From contig JAHRHZ010000018.1 in the NCBI GenBank assembly GCA_024137785.1, positions 37,935,770-37,999,769 of the forward strand: a DNA stretch of 64,000 bases, given 5' to 3'. The notes beneath the pieces were generated by a model. The model worked only from the letters and a program-made list of their open reading frames with translations. It searched no databases and was not told the DNA's origin. This DNA comes from Ginglymostoma cirratum. Its lineage: Eukaryota. Shown here in pieces: positions 14,560-26,044 of the stretch (positions are counted from its first letter, which is position 1; every line of letters starts with the position of its first letter). The position numbers were made by a program, and so were the translations under genes.

Positions 14560-15480
14560 CTCACAGACTTTTTGATCTCCATTGCAATGGCAATCTCAGC
14601 ACTTGAGTTCATTGCGTCCTCCATGCCCTATAGTATTTGAGTTGAACCGCTCACTAGAGACCCCTTACCGTCAGTGAACCTATGTGTCTGTAGCCGCACT
14701 CCTATTTTGCTCATTCCCTCTTCAAGCTCATCTTGTCCAGAAGACATTTCATATACTTTGCTAATCCCACTGCTAATAAACTGCTTACATTCTCATCTTG
14801 ACCAGAACTGCAAATAGATCCGTTCAAGAACTAGAAGCCATCACCCTCGCCTCAAGAAAAGAACCATGCTTGACCTCTTTGTTCTTGCAAACTGTTGCCA
14901 CATTTTCAACCTTTTCTTGCCCTCTAAAGTCTCTGATATGCCATCACAACTCCCGGTTGTGAGTCATGATTAAAATTTTTGATTATTGTGATCATGGCAC
15001 ACTATATTGACCACGTAATATTACATTCCTTAGCCCATCTGCCTAGGAAACACATTCACGTCATTACCACTTCAAGTACTCCAATGCTTTCTTGACAGGT
15101 CCTCATCCTACAACTACAGCTTATTCAAAGCTCTGTTGTCTGTATCTTTGGCCACAGCAACTCCCATTTACCCTTCAAATATATGTTCGCTGATAGAAAC
15201 GTGTCTCCAAAACTTCAAATTTTAAAAGTTCATCATTTTGTTTATGGTTTATCATACCTTGTTGCTCTCCCCACATAGTTTCTTTCCACCCCACAAAAGC
15301 CCCTGGAATTCTTCATTCCTGTTTCTCTGGTCTCTTGTACGTTATCCCACATCATCCAATCATTATTGATTTTGACCTCAATAGTTTTGCTCAAGAATTC
15401 CCTTCATAATCTCCAGCTCCACCTACTCCTTTAAGACTTCATCTATAAAAAAAATCACGTTTTGTTAAAGCTTATAGTAA
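14560..15480 (+). mobile_element. Highly decayed L2-like LINE fragment
   Basis: Pyrimidine-rich, with degenerate motifs (ctcaagaaaagaaccatgcttgacc...caaactgttgccacattttcaacc) like the L2 RT N-terminus. Confidence 0.5.
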
Positions 15481-17000
15481 CCCCTCTGAGTAACAGAATA
15501 CCACAGTACAACATTCCTCAACCTATTCTGCGGCACTATATTGAACACCTGTGGAAATCCATGTAACGTTGCCCTTGTCAACCTTCTGTTACCTCTTTAA
15601 AAAGCTCCAGGCATTTAGTTAGACAGTTTTCTGTTAGCAAATCTATGCTGACTTTTCAGAATCAACTCATATCTTCCTATGTGACTATTAATTCCATCCC
15701 AAATAATTGTTTCTCAAAATTTCCCCACTGACAAAGTTAAACTGATAAGCCCAGCACTTACAGACCAATCTTCACAACCTCCTTTTGAATAAGGGAGTAA
15801 TGTTTGCAATTTGCCAGCCCTCCAGCACTACACCAGAACTTAGGGAAGATTGGAAGATTATTGCCAGTGCGTCTGCAATTTCTGAACTTTATTCGACATC
15901 CTTGTAGGCAGCTCATCCAGTGCTGGTGCCTCGCCAAATTTAAGGTCTAACAGGTTACCTAATGCCTCTTACTTTTCAATTTTAAACACTTCTAATGTTT
16001 CCTGCTCTAACACTATGTCCTGGGCAACATTTACCTCATAGGTAAAGACAGATGCAAGGTATTTATTTAATACATCATCCATGAATCTTGCCGTGTGAAG
16101 ATCCCCCTTTTGGTCCCTAAATCAGTTCTACTCTTCCTGTTACTGATGTGCTTACAGAAGACTTTGAAATTTCCCTTTATTTTAGCTGCCAGACCTCTTT
16201 CATAACCCCTGTTCATTTAATTTTTTCACCTCCCTCTGAATCGTCTGTATTCAGTTTGGTTCTCAATTGTAATTACTATGTGATATCTGTCATAAGTTAA
16301 AGGAGAAAATGTGTGCTTAATTTCTATCCTTTGAGATGGAGGGGAACTCCCTCACTGCCTTTTACACTAACACTATCCCAATCTACATACAGGCAATTAT
16401 CACCATCTTGTGGAGTGGTACTTTCCTCACATCTGGGCCATACGATCTGGGTTCACCTGCCCCAGAGGTGTGTCATAAAGGGTTGATTAAAATACTAAAT
16501 ACCGATAATTATAGTTGCCCATTATAACTACTCCAGGATGCTTACACTTCACTGTAATTTCCTTGTAGATATGCAACTTTACATCCTTCCAACCAACTGG
16601 TGGTCCATAGATTACTGTAATGTAAACATACCCTTCTTACTCCTTAACTTTAATCAAATTAATTCAGTCCTTGAACCCTCAAACCATCCTCTGCAGTGCC
16701 ACGCTTTCCTTAACTGAAATGCCAGCCTTCCATTTTTCCCCCTTTCCTATCTTTTCTGAACACCTTGTTGCCAGAAACATTTAACACCCAAATCTGCACT
16801 TCCTTGAGTCAGGTCTCTAACATTACCGCGACATCATAATTCCACATGACAATCTATGCTTATAACTCCTCAATCTTAGTAACTACATTCCATGCATTCA
16901 CATTCATGCAGTGTAACCATGATTTTAGACTTCATTAATGTCTCCCTTAGTCTAATTCTACCTATTAACTTACTATTCTCTTAGTGCTGCCTGACTGTCC
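15480..17000 (-). mobile_element. Decayed CR1-type LINE fragments
   Basis: Similar to 11800-12300 (aaatctatgctgact, ttttgaataagggagtaatgtttgcaat). Confidence 0.65.
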
Positions 17001-17310
17001 CATCATTTTGTTAACCCCTGATATTACTTTCTAACATTCTTATCTTTTTCTCACATCCCCGCTGAATTAAATCAAATGCTCCCCAAAGTACAAGCGAAAC
17101 ACCTTGAAAACGAACTCAGTCCTACACCTGTGCGGATGGAATTCACCCAGCTTGTATGGCTATCATTTTCCCCCAGAGTCACTCAGTGTCCCCGAAATCG
17201 AAAGCCCTCCCTCCTACATGATCCTTCCATCTCAGAGCAGGTGGAGACCCAGCTATCATCTTTGTAGTCAGACTCCCCAGCCTCCCTTTCTAAAAGGCCA
17301 CCCAACTGTA

Positions 17311-17890
17311 CTGAGATAACAAGGTGTGGAGCTGGATGAACACAGCAGGCCAAGCAGCATCATAGGAGCAGNNNNNNNNNNNNNNNNNNNNNNNNNNNNN
17401 NNNNNNNNNNNNNNNNNNNNNNNNNNNNNNNNNNNNNNNNNNNNNNNNNNNNNNNNNNNNNNNNNNNNNNNNNNNNNNNNNNNNNNNNNNNNNNNNNNNN
17501 NNNNNNNNNNNNNNNNNNNNNNNNNNNNNNNNNNNNNNNNNNNNNNNNNNNNNNNNNNNNNNNNNNNNNNNNNNNNNNNNNNNNNNNNNNNNNNNNNNNN
17601 NNNNNNNNNNNNNNNNNNNNNNNNNNNNNNNNNNNNNNNNNNNNNNNNNNNNNNNNNNNNNNNNNNNNNNNNNNNNNNNNNNNNNNNNNNNNNNNNNNNN
17701 NNNNNNNNNNNNNNNNNNNNNNNNNNNNNNNNNNNNNNNNNNNNNNNNNNNNNNNNNNNNNNNNNNNNNNNTAGAGGCCCGAAACGTCAAGCTTTGCTGC
17801 TCCTATGATGCTGCTTGGCCTGCTGTGTTCATCCAGCTCCACACCTTGTTATCTCAGATTCTCCAGCATCTGCAGTACCTATTATCTCGG
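17311..17890. mobile_element. Penelope-like element with perfect 61-bp inverted arms around a 400-N gap
   Basis: Arms 17311-17371 and 17797-17857 are exact reverse complements. Probable TSD acccaactgtact / acccaattgtagt. Confidence 0.8.
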
Positions 17891-18388
17891 ACCCAATTGT
17901 AGTGGGCAGCTTTTCTCTTCCCTTTTCTATGGCGTTCCAATTGGGCAAGGGAAAAGACCCCTGCCTGCCCAACCAATTGCTGACTGATCACTCTCACTAC
18001 AACTTGCACTGACCGACTGTCAACTCAGTGTGCCCTCCGCATGTGCTGGCTGGACCCTGTAACAACTTCTGGTTATGTATCCACCTCTATATACCTGGCC
18101 TGACCCAGACCAAGGGCACAGCCTATATGCCCATCAAATTCAGGACAGCTCAATGTTCACATCAAATTGAAAATAATGCTTCAGAACTGCCAGTTTGAAA
18201 CATTAGCTCTATCTCTCTCTGTGCAGATGTTGTCCAAGCTGTTGAGTACTTTGAACACTATTTTAATATCAAATTTCCAGCAACCACAGTACTTTGCTTT
18301 TAGTCCTTCAACATGTTAACTGGAATTCTTAAATGGGTCTGGCAGATTCTTGGCATCACCTACCTCCAGCAAATATGAAACTTGTTAA

Positions 18389-18557
18389 TCATAGAATCCC
18401 TACAGTGTGGAAACAGGCCCTTCGGCCCAACAAGTCCACACCGACCCTCAGAGCATCCCCCCCAACCTATCCCCCGATAATCCACCTAATCGACACATCC
18501 CTGAACGCTACGGGCAATTTAGCATGGCCAATCCACCTAATCTGCACATCTTTGTAC
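18389..18557 (-). mobile_element. HE1-like SINE, 3' half
   Basis: atcatagaatccctacagtgtggaaacaggcccttcggcccaacaagtcc, the reverse complement of the 14190-14323 family. Confidence 0.75.
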
Positions 18558-19949
18558 TGATGTCAGGAAGAAACCAACATACTATCTTGCACTGGTACTT
18601 TCCTCCTGCTGTAGGTAGAACCTGAAAATTCAGTCTTACTTCTCCAATAGCAACCACCCAGCTAACATGGTGAAATCCATTATGTTTTATTTCATACTAA
18701 GCAACTATTTGCGAACAGCCTATTTTGAATTTGAATTTCCTGCCTGAATCTTGTTGCTTCACACAATGTCAACTCACTAAATTGTTTTCTGAATATGTAA
18801 TTTGGCCAAATTATATATTACACTTCTCAGTCAGAGGACAGCAGTTCCAAACTTTATTGTAGGAATTCAAATTCTAGTGTGACTTTATGAAATTGGTTTA
18901 ACAAATGTGGTCTGAGACTTTCAAATATGAGGAGCACAGGATGAGTCAACTTAAGTTGCTGATGCACCTTATGATTGTGAGCGAGTACTGATGCCTGCAC
19001 AGGCAGGTCTCATACGCAGGAAGTTTAAAACTTCTGAGTGTTGGTTTTATCCTTGATCACAGCGTGTTAATTGCAACAGTCAAATGAATTGGCCACAACT
19101 ATACCAACTTGGACTATTTGTCATGTACTTACTCTGGTTTTCACAGGGATTTACCTTGCTTTTCACAGCATGTGCAAATGCTGCTGAGTAATATTACTCT
19201 GAATAAATTCAGAGTGTCAAAGCACAACAGAAGCTACAACAATGTTCACTACAACCCTCCCCCATTACTAAAACTCCTCCTCTCGTTCTGTTTCCATTTG
19301 TCTTTGCAATGTTCACCTCCTCAGCTGCACCCTCATCCATTTGACTCCGTTCTTGAACTCCCTTTGTACAAAGACTCTACATTATCAGAAAAAGTGCACA
19401 TCAAGGAAGGTTGAGCCTCATCAAGGACAATGTTGAGGATTTTCGGGGAATGAAAATTTTGAGTACTTTTAAGGGTGAGGAATAAGAGTGGAGAGTTGAA
19501 GACCAGTACCGTCAAAGGTTGAGAATCAGTGGGGAGAAGAGAAAGGGGGCTATGCAATGTTGGGGCTAACAACTCCATTTAAAACCATGCAAGTCAAAAG
19601 TTATGACAAACCTTTAGGAAAGCGCCTTCAGTGTGTGTGTTATATAAAAAAAATGGCATGGTTTTGTTGGAACTACTCTTGCCACATGGCCCCCTGCTTT
19701 TTAATCACTGCCCACTGCTGACACTGGCGTTGATGCAATAAGAAAGCTCCAGTGAAAACAGGTAAATGGACAAACCAAGGTACAGTTAACATTAGGTACT
19801 TTTTCTCTACCAATAATCAGAAGATCTGGTATTTCCCTTATTTTAGGGAACATGGACATAAACAACTTACAACAAAGTTAGAATCAAAACGTTTGAGGCT
19901 ATGTTGACTTGTCTACTATGTGGTATCTCTCATCAATAGCAATGTAGTT

Positions 19950-20800
19950 ATTTCCATTTCTCCACACTTTGCTATAGCCCTGAAAATCTTCTCTTCAGGT
20001 GTTTATCCATTTGCCTACTGAAGGTCCTGATTGAATCAGACTCCATTACATTCTCAGGCAGTAGTGACTTGTTGCAAACAGGAGTCTATGTGAAAAAGCA
20101 ACCACAACTTGTCCAATCTATCCATGTAACTGAAGTTCCTCATTCCTGAAAGAATTTTCTTAACTGAATTCTGCACCTTCTCTAAAGCTTTTATGCCTTT
20201 CTAAAGCATAATACTCCACCTGTGGGATGAACCACTGGTTCAAGTTCTCGTAACTCCTGGTTTTATAAAAAGTCAAGGATTCCACATCTTTGTTAACAAA
20301 TTTCTCAACTGCCTTGTCCACATGTACCAGAGATCCCTCTCTTCCTTCATCCCCTCCAGAATACCACTCTAATTTAGACTGCCATTCTCATTCTTCCTAC
20401 CAAAAATAAATTACTTCATATTACCCGGTAAAAATTCCACTTGCTAAACTGTCTACTCACTCATTCCACTAATCTATATCCTCTTGGAATATTTCAGTCC
20501 ATAACACTTTCATGCCTTGTACTGTGTGCAAATTTTGAAAGGAAGCCCTGTACATTGTAAACCAGTCATTAGAATGGACCAGAAACAATGCTGTGGCAAT
20601 AAAACCCCAACTTAGAACACTGCTGTATCTATTCTACTGTGGGAAAAACTATTCATCACTATTTCTACTTCCCCACAAACTTCACACCCATGCAGCTGCT
20701 GCCTTCCTTTTAGTCAATGAGTTTCAATTTTGCTGGTGAGCCTATTCTGGGGTAGTTTATGAAATCCCTCTGGGAAATCCATTCATCTGCACAAAGCCAC
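19950..20800 (-). mobile_element. Very decayed CR1-type fragment
   Basis: Residual motifs ttctgcaccttctctaaagc, gtgcaaattt, gggaaatccat. Confidence 0.5.
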
Positions 20801-20875
20801 ATCCACCTCAAAAACTTTTATATCAAAAAAAAACTATGCTTGTTTTCCTTGTCCATATAGTGGGACAAAATTACG

Positions 20876-21850
20876 GATCAGTGCTGGGACCCCAGCTATT
20901 CACAATATGTATTAATGATTTGGGTAAGGGAACAAAATGTAACATCTCAAAGTTTGCAGAAGATACCAAGTTGGGTGGGAGGATGCAGAGATCCTTCAGC
21001 ACGATCTCGACAGGTTGGGTGAGTAGGCAAATCAATGGCAGATGCAGTACGGTTTGGACAACTGTGAGGTTATTCACTTCGGGAGCAAAAACAAGATGAC
21101 AGATTACTACCTGAATGGCTGTAAACTGGGAGAGGGGAGTGTGCAGCAGGACCTGGGCATCCTTATGCACTAGTCGCTGAAGATAGGCATGCAGGTGCAG
21201 CAGGTGGTAAAGAAGACAAATGGCATGTTGGCCTTCATTGTGAAAGGTTTCAAGTACAGGAGCAGGGATGTGTGGTTACAGTTATACAGGGCCTTGGTGA
21301 GACCACACCTGGAATACTGTGTGCAGTTTTGGTATCCTTTTCTGAGGAAGGACGTTCTTGCTCTTGAGGGAGTGCAGCGAAGGTTTACAAGACTGGTTCT
21401 GGGGATGACTGGTCTGATGTATGAGGAGAGACTGAGCAGGATGGGATTGTTCTTGCTGGAGTTCAGATGAACAAGGGGTGAATCGCAGAGACTTATAAAA
21501 TTCTAACAGGACTGGGCAGGGTAGATGCAGGGAGGATGTTCCCAACAGTGGGTCTGTCCAGAATCAGGGGTCACAGTATGAGGATTCAGGGTAGACGATT
21601 TAGGACAGAGACAAGGAGGCATTTTTTCCCACACAAGAGTGGTGAGCGTGTGGAATTCCTTACCACAGAAAGTAGTTGATGCTAAAACATTGAATGTATT
21701 CAAGAGGCAACTAGATATAGCACTTGGGGTGAATGGGATCAAAGGTTATTAGGCTATTGAGTTGGACAATCAGCCATGACCGTGAAGAATGGCGGAGGAG
21801 GCTCAAAGGGCCAAATGGCCTCCTCCTGCTCGTATCTTCTATGTTTCTAT
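20876..21850 (+). mobile_element. CR1-type LINE 3' fragment
   Basis: GSVLGPQLFTICINDL...SKFAEDTKLGG and LYRALVRPHLEYCVQFW...VQRRFTRL; tail tcttctatgtttctat. Confidence 0.93.
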
Positions 21851-23364
21851 ATTCTCAGGCCAAAAACACATGGAATAGCAAGCCACGGATTAACTCACTC
21901 AAACGTCCCTTACTTCATATGTCTAGAAAAGAGACTGCTGCTTGGCATTTACTTGCACTGATCTGCATCCCAACACGCCATGATACTGTTGCTCCAAATT
22001 ACTACAACATTCTTTACATTAAAAAGTATAAGTCTGTTAACAAAGCATTTTGCTATAGTAAGATGGTTGGTGTGCAGAACCAATTTTATTTTCAAAATTT
22101 TGGAAGATGTATTTGAATGCAAGATTCCATGGACTGAATATTCGAAATGTTCCCTCCAAATGTCATCAATACAAGTAATTTATTTCAACTCGAATTAGAT
22201 TCATTGTCTTCTAAAGGGGAACAGCATTTTGTTTGTTTTTAATAGCTGTGGTTGTTCTTGTATTTCATAGAGAATAATTATGTACTGATCATTGTATGTA
22301 AAAATCATGAAACATTTTCATTTGGTTCTGCTGTTCTTTTGTACTGCATGCTGCTGCACTTTGTCAGCAATTAAACTGCCATAGGGAGAATATTTCAATC
22401 TTCTTTTCTCCTCCATCCTTACCAATAAGGTTTGGTAATGNNNNNNNNNNACACACAGATACACACAGACACACACTATATATATAAGAAAAACTCTAAA
22501 TATCACAGTGGTTCTCTAACATTAGCTTTGAAGCTGGAGCAGTCATTAATGCAAGCATGCATTAAGATAAGGCCAAGTATCTTTGATATGGTTCAGGTCC
22601 GAGGTGCATTCAACTGGCTCAAGACATCCAAATTCAAGGAGGCATACTAATAAAATTCTATAGGAGATTGTTCAATAGAATTGTTGCAAGTGCAGCAGAA
22701 GGAATCAGAGCAAAAATTGCCAAGTAAAATAAAGTCAACAGATAAAGAGGGAAGGACTGAAATTCACGAATACACAATAGGAGAGGTGAGGGTGAGGGAA
22801 AATAAAGCGTAGAGCACAACAGAAACAAAATAGAAGGTAACACTGAAAAATAAAGATGCACACAACGTTCGGTTTTCAACATAATAGAAAGACAATATTA
22901 CCAAAGATTACATTTGAGAAAGAAAAATGAGACAAAACATGAGCATGGGAATAAACCCACCCTGCCCCAGTAACACAACTTGAGCTGCTAGCGTGGAAGA
23001 ACTGAGAATATTCCAGTGACAGTACCCTTGCTGATTTTTTCTACCCTCTAAGAACAAACATTAACAATTTTAAGTGGACTCTCATTCCTTCAGATTTTTT
23101 GCTTTTCAAATGCGCATACATTTTAAAATATATTTCCGTTCTTGTTTTCCTGTTCTCATTTGAACTTTATTCTTTCCCTCTAATTCTCTTCCTGCATTTG
23201 ATTTGTACACAATTCATCCAGTTTAAATTTTTGAATTGAAGGGTAAGCGGGAAGTCCGATTAATGGCAAAGAACAAAATTAAAAACCACAACAGAGCTGA
23301 GCCCAAGTATTTTCTGCTGTAGATGTCAATCAACAGATCATCGATTCCGGAGATTGAGATTATA

Positions 23365-23492
23365 TTACGATGTGGAAGTGCCGGTGTTGGACTGGGGTGG
23401 ACAAGGTCTGAAGTCATACGACACCAGGTTATAGTTCAACAGGTTTATTTGAAAACACAAGCTTTTGCAGCCTTGCTCCATCTTCAGGTGTT
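23365..23492. mobile_element. Short interspersed repeat fragment (Penelope-like terminus)
   Basis: gccggtgttggactggggtggacaagg...caccaggttatagttcaacaggtttatttg, recognised from recall as a common shark repeat. Confidence 0.55.
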
Positions 23493-25849
23493 CTTTAGAT
23501 TATATCCTTTTAGATAGTTTTTGAAAATAAGCTCTAACGATTTCCGTGACAACTCCTTCGCCTCCCCACTCCTCGCTCCCACTTCTCCTGCACTTTACCC
23601 ACCATTTCCATTTCCCTGCTCCTTTACAAATTGATTCAAACACTTGTAGCACTTTTCATATGCTAGTGAATTACTCAGTTATGGCGATGAATGAATCTCG
23701 TTAAAAGTGGTTCTCATCTGGAGTCTTGGGGCAGTGCATGCATCATTAACCATGGGTGAAAAGAATAGCCTTGATCTCCCAGGAGCTGTGCAGCATCTAG
23801 CCTTTAAGGAACAGAAAATGTTCTCTACATGGGCTGTTTTAAAATGAAGGAATTGTGGCAATTCCTAAAGAAACAAAAGAAAAAAAAAAAAACTTGTATT
23901 ATGCTGTGCTGCCCATCATAAACTACATTTTATGAAATCAGTTCTTGGGTGACATTGGTAAAAGGATTAAGCAACAGACAATTATGAATATAAGGATGAA
24001 ATCTGTTGCTTTGACTGGAGGAAATGTGGGCATTTTGTAAATTACTATTTCCTGCCATTTTCTCACTAGATCTACAGAAGGTACCATTGTCAGCTTTGCA
24101 TAACATTGAACCAGTGACTTGCTTGATACATTTTATACAGCTGTTCACATTATGTTACAGATGTGTTTTGTGGCAGCTGAACATAAACATAATGGTGAAC
24201 CTTAATAGCCATTGGTATATTGATAGCGTAAGTACTTTTGGTGTGGGGAGTATAGGAAGTGTGAGGAGTATTTCCTTCCAGTATAACCACAGTAACCTGG
24301 TCTCCTTCTATTTCATCTTCACCCTTCACCCCCCGACAAAAATGAGAGTTAGGGGTAAAGAGGAGAAAAACAACCAACCATAAGTGCTAAAAGCGGCAGA
24401 TGAAATTTAGTTGGCAATAATTTAAAAAAGAAACTGACTTTTAACTGCATCTATTAATGGTAAACGTAGACCATACAACTTTCTTCTGTGGTGACTAGTG
24501 ACTCTAGATGGCCATTTTGTACTGAAGGATATACAAATGTACCATCTTTAAATGGAAAATGGGTTGTGTAACATCCTTACCTTAGCCATTGTGCGCATCC
24601 AAAAATGGATAGGTACTTTTACAGGTAATCAAAAATCCAGCAGAACACGTCATGATGGGTTTTAAAGGCAGGAATTCCAAAATTATGGTTCTCCCCATTT
24701 CCAGATGCTACCCACCAATTTGCTTCTACATCTATTGTTGTGAAATTGTGTTAGTAAATTTCAGTACTGCACTAGCAGCTTGGATGTTCTGAGTTCAAAG
24801 ACCAACATGGAAAATTGTAAGTTTGAGTTTAATGCTAAGGCCTCAACTACTTCCAACTGCTATCAATGATGAGGATGAAGGAACTGGACGGATAATTGCT
24901 GTAATCGCTCAAACACTCACTATTCTTTTCCTATGCAGCCTTTATTTGTTGAAATAAGCCAACATGCCCATACGTTGCTGATGTTACTTCTAAATGTTTA
25001 CTTTATTTACCATTTGTCTGCTAGATTTCTATCCACATTAACCTAGGTCTGCTACAGTTAAATTTTCTCTTTCAAAAAAACCTTTCTGCATTTCTTCTAA
25101 ACATTTTAGACCCAGCTATAGGAGTTTCATTCTCATCCTTTAGTGGCAACATATATTTTTACTACCTTCCTAAAGCATATTTCTTCTGAAAAACATATGA
25201 AAGCAAAATGAGTATGTTTAAACCTATTTCATTATCTAATCTTGCATCAACCGTTATTGTCCATGCGATGACTTAGAAAATGCATGCAAACAGAGCAAGA
25301 TGATATAATCTATTGTAAAATATTGGTCAACATGATGCAATTTACTTCCTTTTTTCCTGTGGCCGTGGTCAGTACCTAAGGTTAAATATTTTGTGGTAGC
25401 TTCTTCTGGGCGACCTCTATAACAGCAGATTGCATCATACCAAGCGTTTTGTGACACAGTGGAATTTAAATTTCACTGACATCAAAGACTAACTGCTGAG
25501 AATACCCAAGGTCAAAACAGAAAATTAACAGGCAACAAAGAGATCTGTAAAATTTCAACGATAGAACCTCAAGCTACAATTTTAATTCCTTTTGCTTGGC
25601 AAACTCAGTAATTTCAGCAGGCACAAATTATCAGGATTTTTGTTCAATATCATTACAATTAAGCTTTCATGAACACATATTTACAGAAGTTTTCAATCTT
25701 TAAGCATTAAAAACAAAGTCCTGGCACATGGTCCTACTACCTTCAGCAAAATAAATGAAATTGATTGTATAAAACAGAGGTATCTGCACAATTACAAATG
25801 CATTTGCCACTCTTGAGCCACTTGAAAATTGAAACAAATTAACCTGTAC

Positions 25850-26044
25850 CTCAAAATCATTTGCTTTGTTGTAGTGCATATTCAAGGCTCTGAACAGCTC
25901 AGAGTCACGGCAGACAGTTAACTCCTCAGTGCTTGTTACTCCATCATTAATAGACTGACGAGCGAACTTCTCCATCTGGATGTAGTAAAACTCTCGGAAA
26001 TTGCTGAACCACTTGATAAGCTGTGAGGTGATGCACCTATTAAA
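25850..26044 (-). CDS. PROX1: PROX1 exon 4 (195 nt, homeo-prospero domain)
   Basis: ttttcctattgacag|FNRCITSQLIKWFSNFREFYYIQMEKFARQSINDGVTSTEELTVCRDSELFRALNMHYNKANDFE|gtacag; phase 0 at both ends. Confidence 0.97.

Noticed and set aside
17290-17842. 160-166-aa ORFs
   Set aside because: Artefacts of translating through the N gap.
17311-17857. CRISPR-like or cut-and-paste transposon interpretation of the gap-flanking repeats
   Set aside because: The repeats are inverted, not direct with spacers; the context is eukaryotic; long TSDs and asymmetric ends do not fit a typical TIR element.
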